From positions 124,001 through 188,000 of the forward strand of contig JAQGDQ010000052.1 in the NCBI GenBank assembly GCA_030141605.1: DNA of 64,000 nucleotides, read 5' to 3'. The position numbers and the translations under genes are program-made. This stretch comes from Tubiluchus corallicola (lineage: Eukaryota; Animalia; Priapulida). The notes under the pieces are model-generated. The model did not search any database and was not told where the DNA came from. It worked only from the letters and a program-made list of their open reading frames with translations. The stretch's first letter is position 1. Each line of letters starts with the position of its first letter. This document shows, in pieces, positions 53,301 through 64,000 of this stretch.

Positions 53301-56300
53301 GAAACTTAGAATTGATGGAAAAAAGATGGGAATGGTGCCAAGTACCAAAAATGTTTACTGTCACAAAAATGGACAATCGTCTACACCGTAGATTGTTTGA
53401 CCGTTTTTCTAAAAATGCAATTATTGCTGTCTGACTACAGATACTTTTAGAGATGATGTCACTGTTGGGAGAGATTTTCAAACCGCTGTTGCAAAAGAAC
53501 TTGGCAAATTTTAAGCTCAGAATTTAAAATCTTAGGTTTATCGCTTGTAATGTTTGATTTCGTTTGAACTTTATTGTATATGTACAACAAGAGAGAGCTC
53601 AAATCAGACTTAGGTAATTTAAGCAGTATAAAATTTTTCTTTCTTGTGATTTAATTTCAGATTTTCTTTGACCAATTCCCCGTCTCTCTACAGAGCTCCC
53701 CAATTTCACTGAAATCCAGCCTCAACTTTTTGATATATCTTCTGAACAAACAAAGGTATTTTCTCCTAAAAGCAATATTTAATAAATTATAAACTGACTT
53801 TGCTTTTCTGGTTTCAAATAATTTATTTGCAGATCCAGTCATCTGCTCTTTGCCCTACCAGTTATCTTCCACAAAATTTATTAAAGCCATCTTGAACTTT
53901 AATAACTATCGGATAGAGAGAAAATAAAAACCAACAAACAAGTAGAATATGGCAAATAGATTACCTACTCACCAGTGCTTGGTGGATAAAATTTTCTTTT
54001 CATTATCCATTTAAATGTTTTGTATTGTTAGATAAACTTTTGTTTTCATTTGACATTATGAATTTTTTTAACACGGTCTTTAATAATGTATTAATAGTCA
54101 CCTGTTTTTAGTGGTTGATCGTTCTCTTCACTTTGGTTGTTCTCTTCACCAATTAGGTTCAAATCAGTCCTTATTCCTGTCTTAAACAGACCTCAAATGT
54201 CATCTTTACTTGGCATGTATCCCTTTTTCTCTTGATTCAGCTTTCCATTGGAGTGGAACTAATTACAGCAAAAATCTGCATTGTTTTCTTTCGTTTGTTA
54301 GCCTGCTTATCTCTGCCAAAGTAGTTTCAGTTGCTATTGTCTTAATAGATAGTTAGAATCACCTCAGGGTGGTCATGTTCACATTTTGTTGTAAACCTAG
54401 TTTCTTGGTTTTCTAGCTGGGCATCACCTTCATTCTTCTACCTGCTTTTTGAAGCATAATTATAGCTATATGTTAGTGAAAAAGTGAGAAATGTTGTAAT
54501 TTGCACTTTTTTTGACTTCCAGGCAACAAGTACTAGTATCATGTCTTTTAGATGTGTCTTAAATTATCTCATTCATTTTTATTATGGATTAAATGACTTC
54601 TGTTATGAATGGTTGTAAACAAGTTAAAAGGAGTCAAGCTAGTACACTTATGTTGTAGATACATAATAATTATCAACGTAATTTGGTATGTCTGTTAAGT
54701 TTGTAAATGTTGTGAATAATATTTTTTTATTTCCATGGCTCAGTATAATTACCTGATTTTCTGAGATGCCATTTCTTATGATCAGCATTATCATTATATT
54801 TGCCTTCATCATCATTAGTTGTCATCACCATCTTATTGTCAAATCATTATTATCGTCATCATTTTCATCATCATCACATTCACCATAATATTGTAACTGT
54901 CATCAATAATTTTCTTTCATTCTACATTAACTGTATGTTTCTGTTGTTTCATGTCTACAGCTAATGTAGTTAGTCATTAAGTATGTTTAGTGGAGAGAAG
55001 TTGATAATTATTATTTTTAATCAAACAAATCTGGTTTTGAGAGAAACGAAGTAAATGTGGAAAAAAAACAAGACTGAACCTGGATTTGAAGCATTTGGAA
55101 AGATCTTGAATCTTGAAAGATTTGAATTATTTGAGATTACAATGCAAAACTATGAATTCCCTTGTACTAATCCAATGGCCTAAAATATAGGGCAAAACCT
55201 CTTGTTCATATCTGGAGACATTTTCTTCCTTTTTGAATTCACTTCATCATTAACAATCTTGAAATTAGCATTCTAAATAGTAACTTTTTTATTTTAATTG
55301 CTAAATACTTTTCTAGCACTTGCTTTTTAGTTACTGTTCGTATAGACATGCTCATCTTGTCACTATCACTTTCTCAAAAGTATTTAGGCCAAAATGGCCA
55401 TTAGTCCACTTAAACAGGTTTATGGTCACAACTTACCTAACTTTGCTTTTTCTGTAAGACCACTAATTATCCAGTGACTACCAGTCATGCATAATATTTT
55501 ACATGTAGTCTTATATGTCACGACAGTCATGCTTTGTTAGATGATTTCAGCTAAGAATAGAGCTCTTTATTTTACTAGTCTAGATACAATGTAGTGCTTG
55601 TCAACTAGTATCATGTCTGTCAGTATTTCGTGCTACATCCCTACTTAAAAATAAATTAGGTATTGTTAATAAATGTTAACAATCGTGGCAAATGTAATTT
55701 TTTGTTTCATTTGTTTTATTTATTTGTTTATTCTAGTTATATGACTGTTATAATTGTCAGTCTGTATTTGGTTTTTTTCATTTCATAAGTTTCTTGTAAA
55801 ACTTGTGGAATAGTTAACAGGTCTAATGTCCTTTTGATGAGATAAATAGAGTAAGTGAGAACATTTGAGATGAGCAGAGGTTGCTTAGTTAGTTTAGTAG
55901 TTCCAGATGTTAGATGTTTATAAAAAAATTAACTTTCGTGTACTTTATTCCCTGGAATTGATTAAGCTAAGCTCCTGTCAAGAATCAGCTATTGAAATCA
56001 TAGATTTTTTTGTGAACACTGAACCCCTTTCTTGTAATTGTACTGCTTTTACCTTTTCCGTAGAAGAAGCATTGACTGCTGGTTCACTAAAATGATTTGC
56101 ATTCATTTTTTGCCACGTAGTAGTTAACTTGTCAGCCTAGTTCTTCTTGCCAAAACAAAGAGACTTTTTAAAAATTCATGAATGCCACAAATTTTCACTC
56201 TTCATTTGTCTTTTCTGAGGTCCACGTAAATTGTGAATGTTGTTGACAGGTCATTGCCTCCTGAATGAAGTTAAATTTTAAAAATCTAGCATGCTTTCTT

Positions 56301-59086
56301 GCAGCTGTATACATTGCACCCTTATATTTTGAGGAGGTCACTTACAATGAATATGAATTTTCGATCACCTAAGTTGTGCCAAGTCAAAGCAGTTCGTATG
56401 AATGGTTACGGGTTACGGGTTAGAATTCAGGAGATAGGCATGGTCTGAAATTCAAAAAGTAATTAATTGATCATTTCTGTTGTGAAACGCCTTGGCGTTC
56501 ATTGCAGTTTAATCGCATAAAAGTGTTTTGCAGTTTTCTTCAGCCTTGCCTATTAACAGCACCAATAGGAGCACTTTCACTGAGTTGCTGTGTTTTTGAA
56601 TCTTTCGCTTATTGCAATTGCTGTTTTTCTTTCCTGTGGAGTTTTAGGTGATACTGCATCTTCATTTCTTGCTTTGTTTGCTCACTTTTTTTGCTTTTGG
56701 ATTTTTTTTTATTTGTAATACATTTTCTTTCTGCATTATTTCATCTATTTTTTTCCATATACATATCAAAAATTTGTATGATATTCATGTTACTGGATTA
56801 GTACAGTCACAGTCGTGAAGAACCTTACAATTTGTTTAGTAGTTAATGTGGTAAAGGTGCACTTATTTTTGGCTTATTTAAATCTGTTATTTTTTCTGAA
56901 TAACATTTTATCAGCTGCTTCATTTACTAACTAGCAAACAAATTACTGTCTTTCCGTGATACTACTTTCTGGTAAAGAGCACCGTGTTCTCGGCTTTGAT
57001 GTAATCTAGAGCTCTTGCTATGCGTCTTATATAAGAACTCCAATCTTTTGCTCAGCGAAGTTGCGTTGCTGGTCTGTTTTGAGGATTCACTTATGGAAGA
57101 TGCTGTCATGATGTTTTTTCATTGCTGTTTATACAGTAACAGTTTGCTTAGAACACTCCTGTTGCAACTGCACGCCTGCCTTGAATATTCCTAGATCCTA
57201 AACAACTGAGCTTTACTACTGCCTGACGCCTCTTACTTGTGGAATTTTTTCCAGAAAATTGTTTCCCAGCCATACTCATACAGTACGCTCTAAAAGGAAC
57301 ACTAATAGTTAGCTCTTGTCACTGAAACTTAGTTGTAAAACTTCCAATAATCTGTTTCCCATATTTATTTCACTTTCTGTCACAGCAGCAATATAAAAAA
57401 TTAACATGGATTAATTAGTTTTAAAGAAACGGGGATGGGGTCCCTATACATTTAGTGTGAGGACCCTCTGAGGCAACAGTTATTTCGTTGAATCTTGGTT
57501 GAACTGTACATGACAACAACAATTCGAGTTACATCTTGTGTCTATTAGGGCATGTCTAGTGAATGTATTTCAATAGTAACAGTAAAACAATGTCGTTAGA
57601 TACATGTAGTTTTAATCCCTGCAAACGTCTGCCTAGTTTGCTTAATTTAAATGTATATTATTCATGATTTTACTGATTATACATGACAAAGATCAACTAC
57701 AATCTTATATACTATTATGTGGTACAAGATCAAGTTATTCACAATCTTAAATCATAAACATGTAGAGTGCAAAAACAACAAATATAATTATAATAAAAAC
57801 GAAACAGTGAAGCATGTTTATACTCCTACATATTATATAACTTGTGACCCATGCAAAGTGAAAAACGTTTAGCATTTTAAGCTGGGATAGTGGAAGCTTA
57901 CTAACTTCAATGGTGTGTAAATAGGAACTCGTTCAAAAGTTGAATATGAGATAGGGGAGCAAGACTAAAGAAATTTATGCACTTTTGTAGGTACACAATA
58001 AAAATATCTTATTAAATTTTGACCTTACGTTGAAAATATTTAGTCACCCAAAAAAATTATTTAAAATAATTAGTAATCAAGTTTGGATTTCTTGCTAAAA
58101 CATTTGCTGATCACTCTATAGGGCAGTTAACAATAATTATTGACCAAATTTTGATTTCATGGTAAAAACATTTAGTCAATGCATTATAGCCTAAACTACT
58201 TAATAATAATTAGTGACTATTGTCCAACAACACTTTGTGCGATTATCACCTTCTGCAGTATAATTTACCAATAGTGACGAACGCCATAGCCCCAAGCCAA
58301 TTGTTCCATAGTACTACAAGGTCCTCCGAAGTAGTAGCTGCAGTACTCTTTTGCTTTGGCCTTTTTGCCATTCTCCCCAAATGTGCGTGCTACTGCTCGA
58401 TGGTAAATAAAGATATCCCGAGGTGTGTTAATTCCGGGCAAATAACTGTACGTGAGACCTCTATATCCTTTATAAGGTCCCAAGTGGCCATAACCTCCAG
58501 AATAACCACCGTAGCCAGTGTAACCATAGTTTCTTCTACCTCCGTAACCAAAACTAGCATAAGTGGTGCAGAGGCACAGTGCTAATATTGCTAATTTACA
58601 TTTCATGCTACCTGAAACAAGGAAAGTTACTATTAGTCAAAATTACTGTGTTACGTCTAGTTTTTCAATAACTAAGTGTTACGACAGGAAATGATAAAGG
58701 AGCCGCTTGCTAGTCATCTTGCAGTGAAATAAATTTATTCTTAAAATTTTATTTTTTCGCTATCATTTCTACGCTGTTTGCTATAAACGTAGGGGTTTCC
58801 ACTCTTTCTGTTTCGGGGGCTGACCATGCAGCCTCTTGTTCATGTAGGTTCGTTGTTGCTACATTAAAATTAAGTTTCCTTTATCTTTTGAAAACTTAAT
58901 ACTGCGAATGCCTAGCTTTTGAAACTAATATGTTTTTTGAAACTTTCTAATTTGATTTTAAATGGTCTTAAAACGCATCTGTTTACGTTTTATTTTATTG
59001 ATCAATTATTTTATTTATTATGATAATTTTATTAAACACATAAATTTATAATAATAATAATAATAATAGTAATAACAATAATGATA

Positions 59087-59145
<59 letters not shown>

Positions 59146-59159
59146 AATAATAATAATAA

Positions 59160-59190
<31 letters not shown>

Positions 59191-62100
59191 AAGAAGAAGA
59201 AGAAGAAGAAGACTTTATTTCAATTATACTCGTGGTACAGTTTCGCAAAGTATGGTGATAAAAATAACAAAATATGGTTTCCCAACAACTGTACACAATA
59301 CGTACATACATACATACATTTATTAATTTTAGTTAATTTTATTCTTTTTTTAAAATACGAATCGGAGCCCATTGACTTATTTGAATCTACGGAAAAAACT
59401 AAATCAGTCAAAAAAAATTTGACAACCCCAAAATTAACTTATAAGATCTGTATTATCTAACAGTCATAAAATAAACTTTTAAGAAACAAGACTCATCCAA
59501 ACTCCAAAGCCTTTTCAGTGAACGTATATATTACACGCTATTACTGTCAAATACGTGTGTAGTGCAAATTTCTGATTCTTTTATTGTTTTGCAGACTTAT
59601 TTGCTAATTTCACTCAAGTTATTGAATCGTTTTCCTATTTATGTACTAGTCAGACCTAAGCCAATTGTCCAAAAAAATTTGCAAATTTTTTGCAAAATAA
59701 TGATTTGTTCGGGAGTGCAGTATACTTGACGCAAAACAAGGCACCATGATGTATTTCGCAAGCCTTTAACTCGCTGTCGCTGAAATAATTCACTTGCTAA
59801 ACATTCCAGTAACAAGAAAGCAGCGTGTATACCACAGCTGTGCTTGCTAAAATTAGTTTAACTCTTTAAATTGATACCATGAAATAGTGATTCACCACAA
59901 GATTTTTTAAAAAGAAAAATAGTAATAAACAATAGAATATTCTATTTTCTTGTCCTTAAATTCTAATAACGAGCTTATCCCAAATTTGGAGGCAGGTGAG
60001 ACACAAAAAAGAGACAGAGGTGGGGGCAACTAGGCTGACGGAACTGGCGAGGGACAAATTATCACAGGAGTGAGAGAAAGAAAAGCTCTAGAATGCAGAA
60101 ACTTCAAACAGGTGTTGTATAGAAGTGCAATAATAGTAAAAATTAAATGATCTCTTACTTGTTGACGTTTACTGATTCTGATTCTGATTGCTCTGATTCT
60201 GCTGTCTGGTCACTACTAAGTCTAAACTGACTTTCCAAAGGTTTTGCGACTCCTTTACATATGACATGTCTATCACTTTGACTTACATTGCTCTAATTAG
60301 GTCTATATGTGCACTACTTGTAGACAAATGACGACTACTTACTTGCCTTTTGTTAATTACTATCTGTGGTGATAGATTGGGCTTTGATCCCTTTGTACAA
60401 TACCAGAGATCCAAATGAGAACAGCTAAAAGTGCCTGTGGTGCAAAACAAATTTCGATGTTCTTGATTGTCTTCGTTCTACATTGAAGGCATGATCAGTT
60501 TCACCTTTGTCGTGAAAGAATGTATTGTGTAAACTAATGACAAGTAAGTACAACTACTGTCAACAGTCAACAGTAGCAGACAGCTTTAGCAAGCAGCATT
60601 GGCAACAGCAACAGCGTCAATGACAGTTATAACACAAAGCAGGGAGTCCTGTTACCTTTATTTGATTTGGCAATTATCGGGAAGGAGCAACATGTAGAAT
60701 TCGAAAGTTAGCATTTGTAAATGAGCAATAAGATCAACTTTGGGTTACAGATTAGGCATAAAATTAATCACTACAAGTTCATGCAAAAACATCTTCTTTT
60801 CCTTCCCGTGTTTTCAATTTTTGTTATTCTTTTCTCTGTATTTTCACTCTATACCCCATGTTTTACATTTAATCCCTTTACTCTTTCCCATCTTTACAAT
60901 GTATTCTTTATTTTTCTTTCAATTTTGTTCATTTGGGCATTAGCGCAGTAGCTCATCATGGTTGACTGTTTAGTTTTGTCCTTTGCTTTTGACAGCATTT
61001 TTTCATCCGCACTTATATACTCTCTTTCGCCTCTTATGTAAAATTAAAAAATAGCACGCGCCTTTTTGTGTGGGCACTAGTAGAAACTAACTTTAATCCG
61101 AAACACAAAACCCCAAGGCGAAATTTCAGTTTATGTCTATATAGTTTTAAGAAAAAAAACAAAGGCATGCAGCCACCACAGCAGGCAATTGGAAACAGTG
61201 ACACTGCTACCAGTCTGTTGGCTTAATAACTGACTGCTTTTTTCCTCTTCTTTCTCACTAATAATTACATGTGTTTTCATAATTTATAGCCTAGCAATTT
61301 TCAGGTCTTTACTGCAGTGGCTGGGTTGCAACTGGACCAGTAGGCGTTATCCAGAGTACAATGTCAAGTGGTATTAACACTGGAAAAATGGTTGCAGCTG
61401 ACCTGCAAGGTGATATCGGAAAAATAGTGAAACCTGGCAAAGAAGTTGTATTGTCTTTGTTGAAACAAAAGGGTAAAAAACTGAATGTTTAAAATCTTTG
61501 GCTATACTTATATCTTATTGTTATCTGCTACATTTCAAGGGAAATCGAGGTTAGACTTTACAAAGCTTGTTGGTTCACTTAATCTTATCATTTCATTACC
61601 AGCCTAGCTATGCTTGCCACAGTTTTTAAGTTATTTCTTAACAGTTGAGCTAGTATGGAGAAATACTTAGAGATGCTTGAAAAGTTTGGAGATCAAATTT
61701 AAAGAACTTTTAACAACTTTATGAAAAAGTTCAGTAGGATTACTGAGCAGATGTTTTTATGTTTTGTTGGTGTTTCCAATTATTTAAATATAATCAAAAA
61801 TTTAAATATTTGAAAATGCTATTATACTAAACGTAAAAATTATATTGAAGTAATGCGCAAACAAATTTAAAGGAGTAGTGAGTAATCTTGGGTGGGTGTT
61901 TCAAGGGGGTTATTTTGCAATGAACGATCTGTAAATAACTTGATAGAAATAATTGTAACTATTGAAAATTTGGTAACTCTTTTTATATTTTTATAGTGTG
62001 TAGGTGGCCTGGTCCAAGTGATTTTAGAGTAGTTATTATGTCTGAGACTCTGAGTAAATTTTTGTTCTATGTACACCGATGTAATGATTCCCAAGTGTTT

Positions 62101-62566
62101 AAAATTTGGTAGAGCAACTTACACATTACAAATTAGAAAGTGTAAAGAAATTTAGTGAATAGTGTATGACCTTGGATGGGTAGTTCAAGCTGTCGTTTGT
62201 CATACATTGTGTGAATGCTTTCAAAATTGCAAAGAATTATGATGTAAAGTTTGTATATTTTCGTGAGATAGTGAAGAACCATGGTAAGATTTTGTGGAAA
62301 GAACCTGGTAAGGTTGGAACATGGTAAGAACCTGTGAAAATTTAAGTTTTAACATCCATGCTGACAATGTGATACATTGTGACGTAAGTAGGTTATGTTA
62401 TTTTATGTAAAAAGTTTGCACCGTTTTTTTAGGGATACAGACAGTTTCTTTTGATAATTGGAAAAAAGTCGATGCAGTAGAGCAAGCTCGTGGTAAAAAG
62501 AACAACAAACCAAGAGAAAAGATCACTAGTGTACAAGAAATGTTGTCTATAGCTGCTGCAACCTAG
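38375..62566 (+). CDS. FDXR: NADPH:adrenodoxin oxidoreductase (mitochondrial ferredoxin reductase), 11 coding exons, 486 aa
   Basis: Exons 38375-38533, 40873-40968, 41335-41457, 43702-43815, 44434-44535, 46949-47141, 48700-48899, 49042-49104, 49656-49764, 61305-61472, 62433-62566 total 1461 nt in frame. Basic presequence-like N-terminus, then [10 protein letters not shown] (FAD), [41 protein letters not shown] (NADP), [37 protein letters not shown]. Confidence 0.95.
52528..52863 (-). CDS. Small secreted Gly/Tyr/His-rich protein, paralogue 1 (111 aa), nested antisense in an FDXR intron; function unknown
   Basis: ATG at 52863 lies 5 nt after an acceptor (ttacag|GTAAC-ATG). Signal-peptide-like [17 protein letters not shown], then a GY-rich tract, ending [31 protein letters not shown]. 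Clearly homologous to the ORF at 58265-58606. AATAAA on the minus strand at ~52203-52208. Confidence 0.8.
   Translation of the reverse strand: MKAVFLLLVLSSCTAYASYGGGYAYKGIRGNLGFGLGNGYRSYGHGYSGKHRYGYPPGIWSPYIWTYRDAVKYRHGGHHGRRCNFYYGLGGPCSTIEVIAHGYGVHRGHYW
53170..53235 (-). promoter_or_regulatory. Candidate promoter and non-coding first exon for the 52528-52863 gene
   Basis: Minus strand: TATAAG followed ~55 nt later by the donor CAA|GTAAAT. Confidence 0.3.
58265..58606 (-). CDS. Small secreted Gly/Tyr-rich protein, paralogue 2 (113 aa), nested antisense in an FDXR intron; function unknown
   Basis: ATG lies 5 nt after an acceptor (tttcag|GTAGC-ATG). Signal-peptide-like [21 protein letters not shown] repeats, ending [27 protein letters not shown]. 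Same architecture as 52528-52863. Confidence 0.8.
   Translation of the reverse strand: MKCKLAILALCLCTTYASFGYGGRRNYGYTGYGGYSGGYGHLGPYKGYRGLTYSYLPGINTPRDIFIYHRAVARTFGENGKKAKAKEYCSYYFGGPCSTMEQLAWGYGVRHYW
59048..59211. repeat. Compound trinucleotide microsatellite (ATA)n(ATG)n(ATA)n(AGA)n
   Basis: Directly visible; it explains the poly-M/I/R and poly-S/Y/H ORFs in the track. Confidence 0.95.
60153..60262 (-). promoter_or_regulatory. Candidate promoter and non-coding first exon for the 58265-58606 gene
   Basis: Minus strand: TATGTAAA ~30 nt upstream of TCAGTT (Inr-like), then ~70 nt, then the donor CAA|GTAAGA. The coding exon starts with an acceptor and so needs an upstream exon. Confidence 0.35.
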
Positions 62567-64000
62567 TTAATACAGTGATTAAAATAGGTGTATTTTTAAA
62601 ATCATTTGTTCCATGCAATTCTGTCAAAACATTGATTGTCTTTTTCAATGTTCTTGTGGTTCACACGGGTTGATCATAGTGTTGCATGAAAACTTGATGG
62701 ATTTTACTGAATGCTGTGGAAAATTTAGTTGAATTAAACCCTTTTAAAATTATTTGCAGTATGTAGTATTTGCAGCCTCAGCTCAATAATTAAAAAAATA
62801 TTTTTTAATTAAATATTTATTTCCATTTTTAATGATAAAACTTTTTAGTTTTCTTAGGTCATAATAGTTATTATGCACAATCATTTATATAATCATGCTT
62901 TTAGTTGTGTTTTTATTTGGGCACAATCACTTGTACATTTCGTCTTATGTAGAGTTTAGCGTGTTTAAGACTGATGACTTGCTTTTGAAGTCTGTACGTA
63001 TGCTTTTACTCAGGAAATTACGTGCCCCGAGGGTTTCCACAGCAGTTTTCATGAAGTCTGTGATTTGTAGAAATAATTACTGCCTTTACCCTGTTGAATT
63101 GCACTTGTTGTTTTTTCTAGTTCTGCATGACTTGGAGTCTCGAAGAACCTGAAAAATTCTGTTTGCCTAGATTAGAATAGTCGCTTGTCGGATGTATCTG
63201 AAGGGGTTGGTTGGTATTTCACAGATTAAAGTAGCAGTGATAGATTGAAGTGCATTCATTGCATGTCAAGCATTTTTGGATGTAAAGGACATCATGACAC
63301 AACAGTTTTTTCGACCTTTGACCATCTGAGGCCTTAAGTAGCTTGAACAAGTCATATATCAGTTATGCTCTTGTGTAATGGACGTTTATTAAAAATGCAT
63401 TAAGTCCAAAATAAGAATTTGGTTTTATAGTTACAAATCAAAATTATGAAGATTTTTATCTAACTGTTAAACCTGTAGATTTGATAAAATTACTTGATGT
63501 TTTCATTAAAGATTATAAAATATCATGTATTGATACAGCTCTGGTTCTTATATAATTGTAATTCTTTTGTTAAGTTTATGCTAGTTTATTTGAATATTTA
63601 ATATTTTATAAGATTTTGTATTTAATATTTTATAAGATTTTGTAAGTATTACTTAGAAATATAATAATTTTATTATAATCAATAATTCAAATTGATTTAA
63701 ATGAAGTTTGTAATTTGAAATGTATTGCTGTGTCTTTTACAAACCTTTTGGCAATTGTCTCTATTGTTTATGGACAGACTTGAAAAGACAGAGCGTTTTG
63801 GGCTGTACAGACTGTAAAGAGTATCAAATAACACGTTATTACCTATAATTGTGAGTGGAGTGGGTAGCTTTACAGTCGCACAAAACTTTGAAGAAAAAAT
63901 AAACCAGCAAGAAACATTAGTAACAATACGAACAACGCATGAAGGAAATCGTTAGGGAGAAATTTAGTTGAACAATATCAGATTTGCTGTTTCTACCTTT

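Noticed and set aside
53600-57300. Possible highly decayed DNA-transposase coding sequence on the minus strand between the two nested genes
   Set aside because: Only vague, stop-riddled fragments; no TIR, TSD or catalytic motif could be confirmed.
59018-59326. Poly-Met/Ile/Arg and poly-Ser/Tyr/His ORFs
   Set aside because: Artefacts of the compound trinucleotide microsatellite.

Overview
AT-rich, intron-rich eukaryotic (invertebrate metazoan-like) genomic DNA; the species cannot be determined from this window. Spliced gene models were assembled by hand from GT-AG junctions and frame continuity. In order: (1) a 5'-incomplete, 9-exon gene for a microbial-type extracellular poly(3-hydroxybutyrate)/PHA depolymerase with all catalytic motifs intact (+, 550-7659); (2) prohibitin 2, PHB2 (-, 7 exons); (3) CYB5D1 (-, 5 exons); (4) an intronless RPF1 (-); (5) adrenodoxin reductase, FDXR (+, 11 coding exons). 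The 11.5-kb FDXR intron at 49765-61304 hosts two antisense, paralogous genes for small secreted Gly/Tyr-rich proteins. They share a C..YY..GGPCSTxExxAxGYGV..HYW C-terminal motif that I do not recognise. Introns and intergenic DNA carry hAT- and Tigger-like MITEs, CR1/L2-like LINE remnants, tRNA-derived SINE copies, a foldback element with degenerate hammerhead-like cores, an ARL14EP-N-like remnant and microsatellites. Family calls come from motif recognition only; no searches were run.
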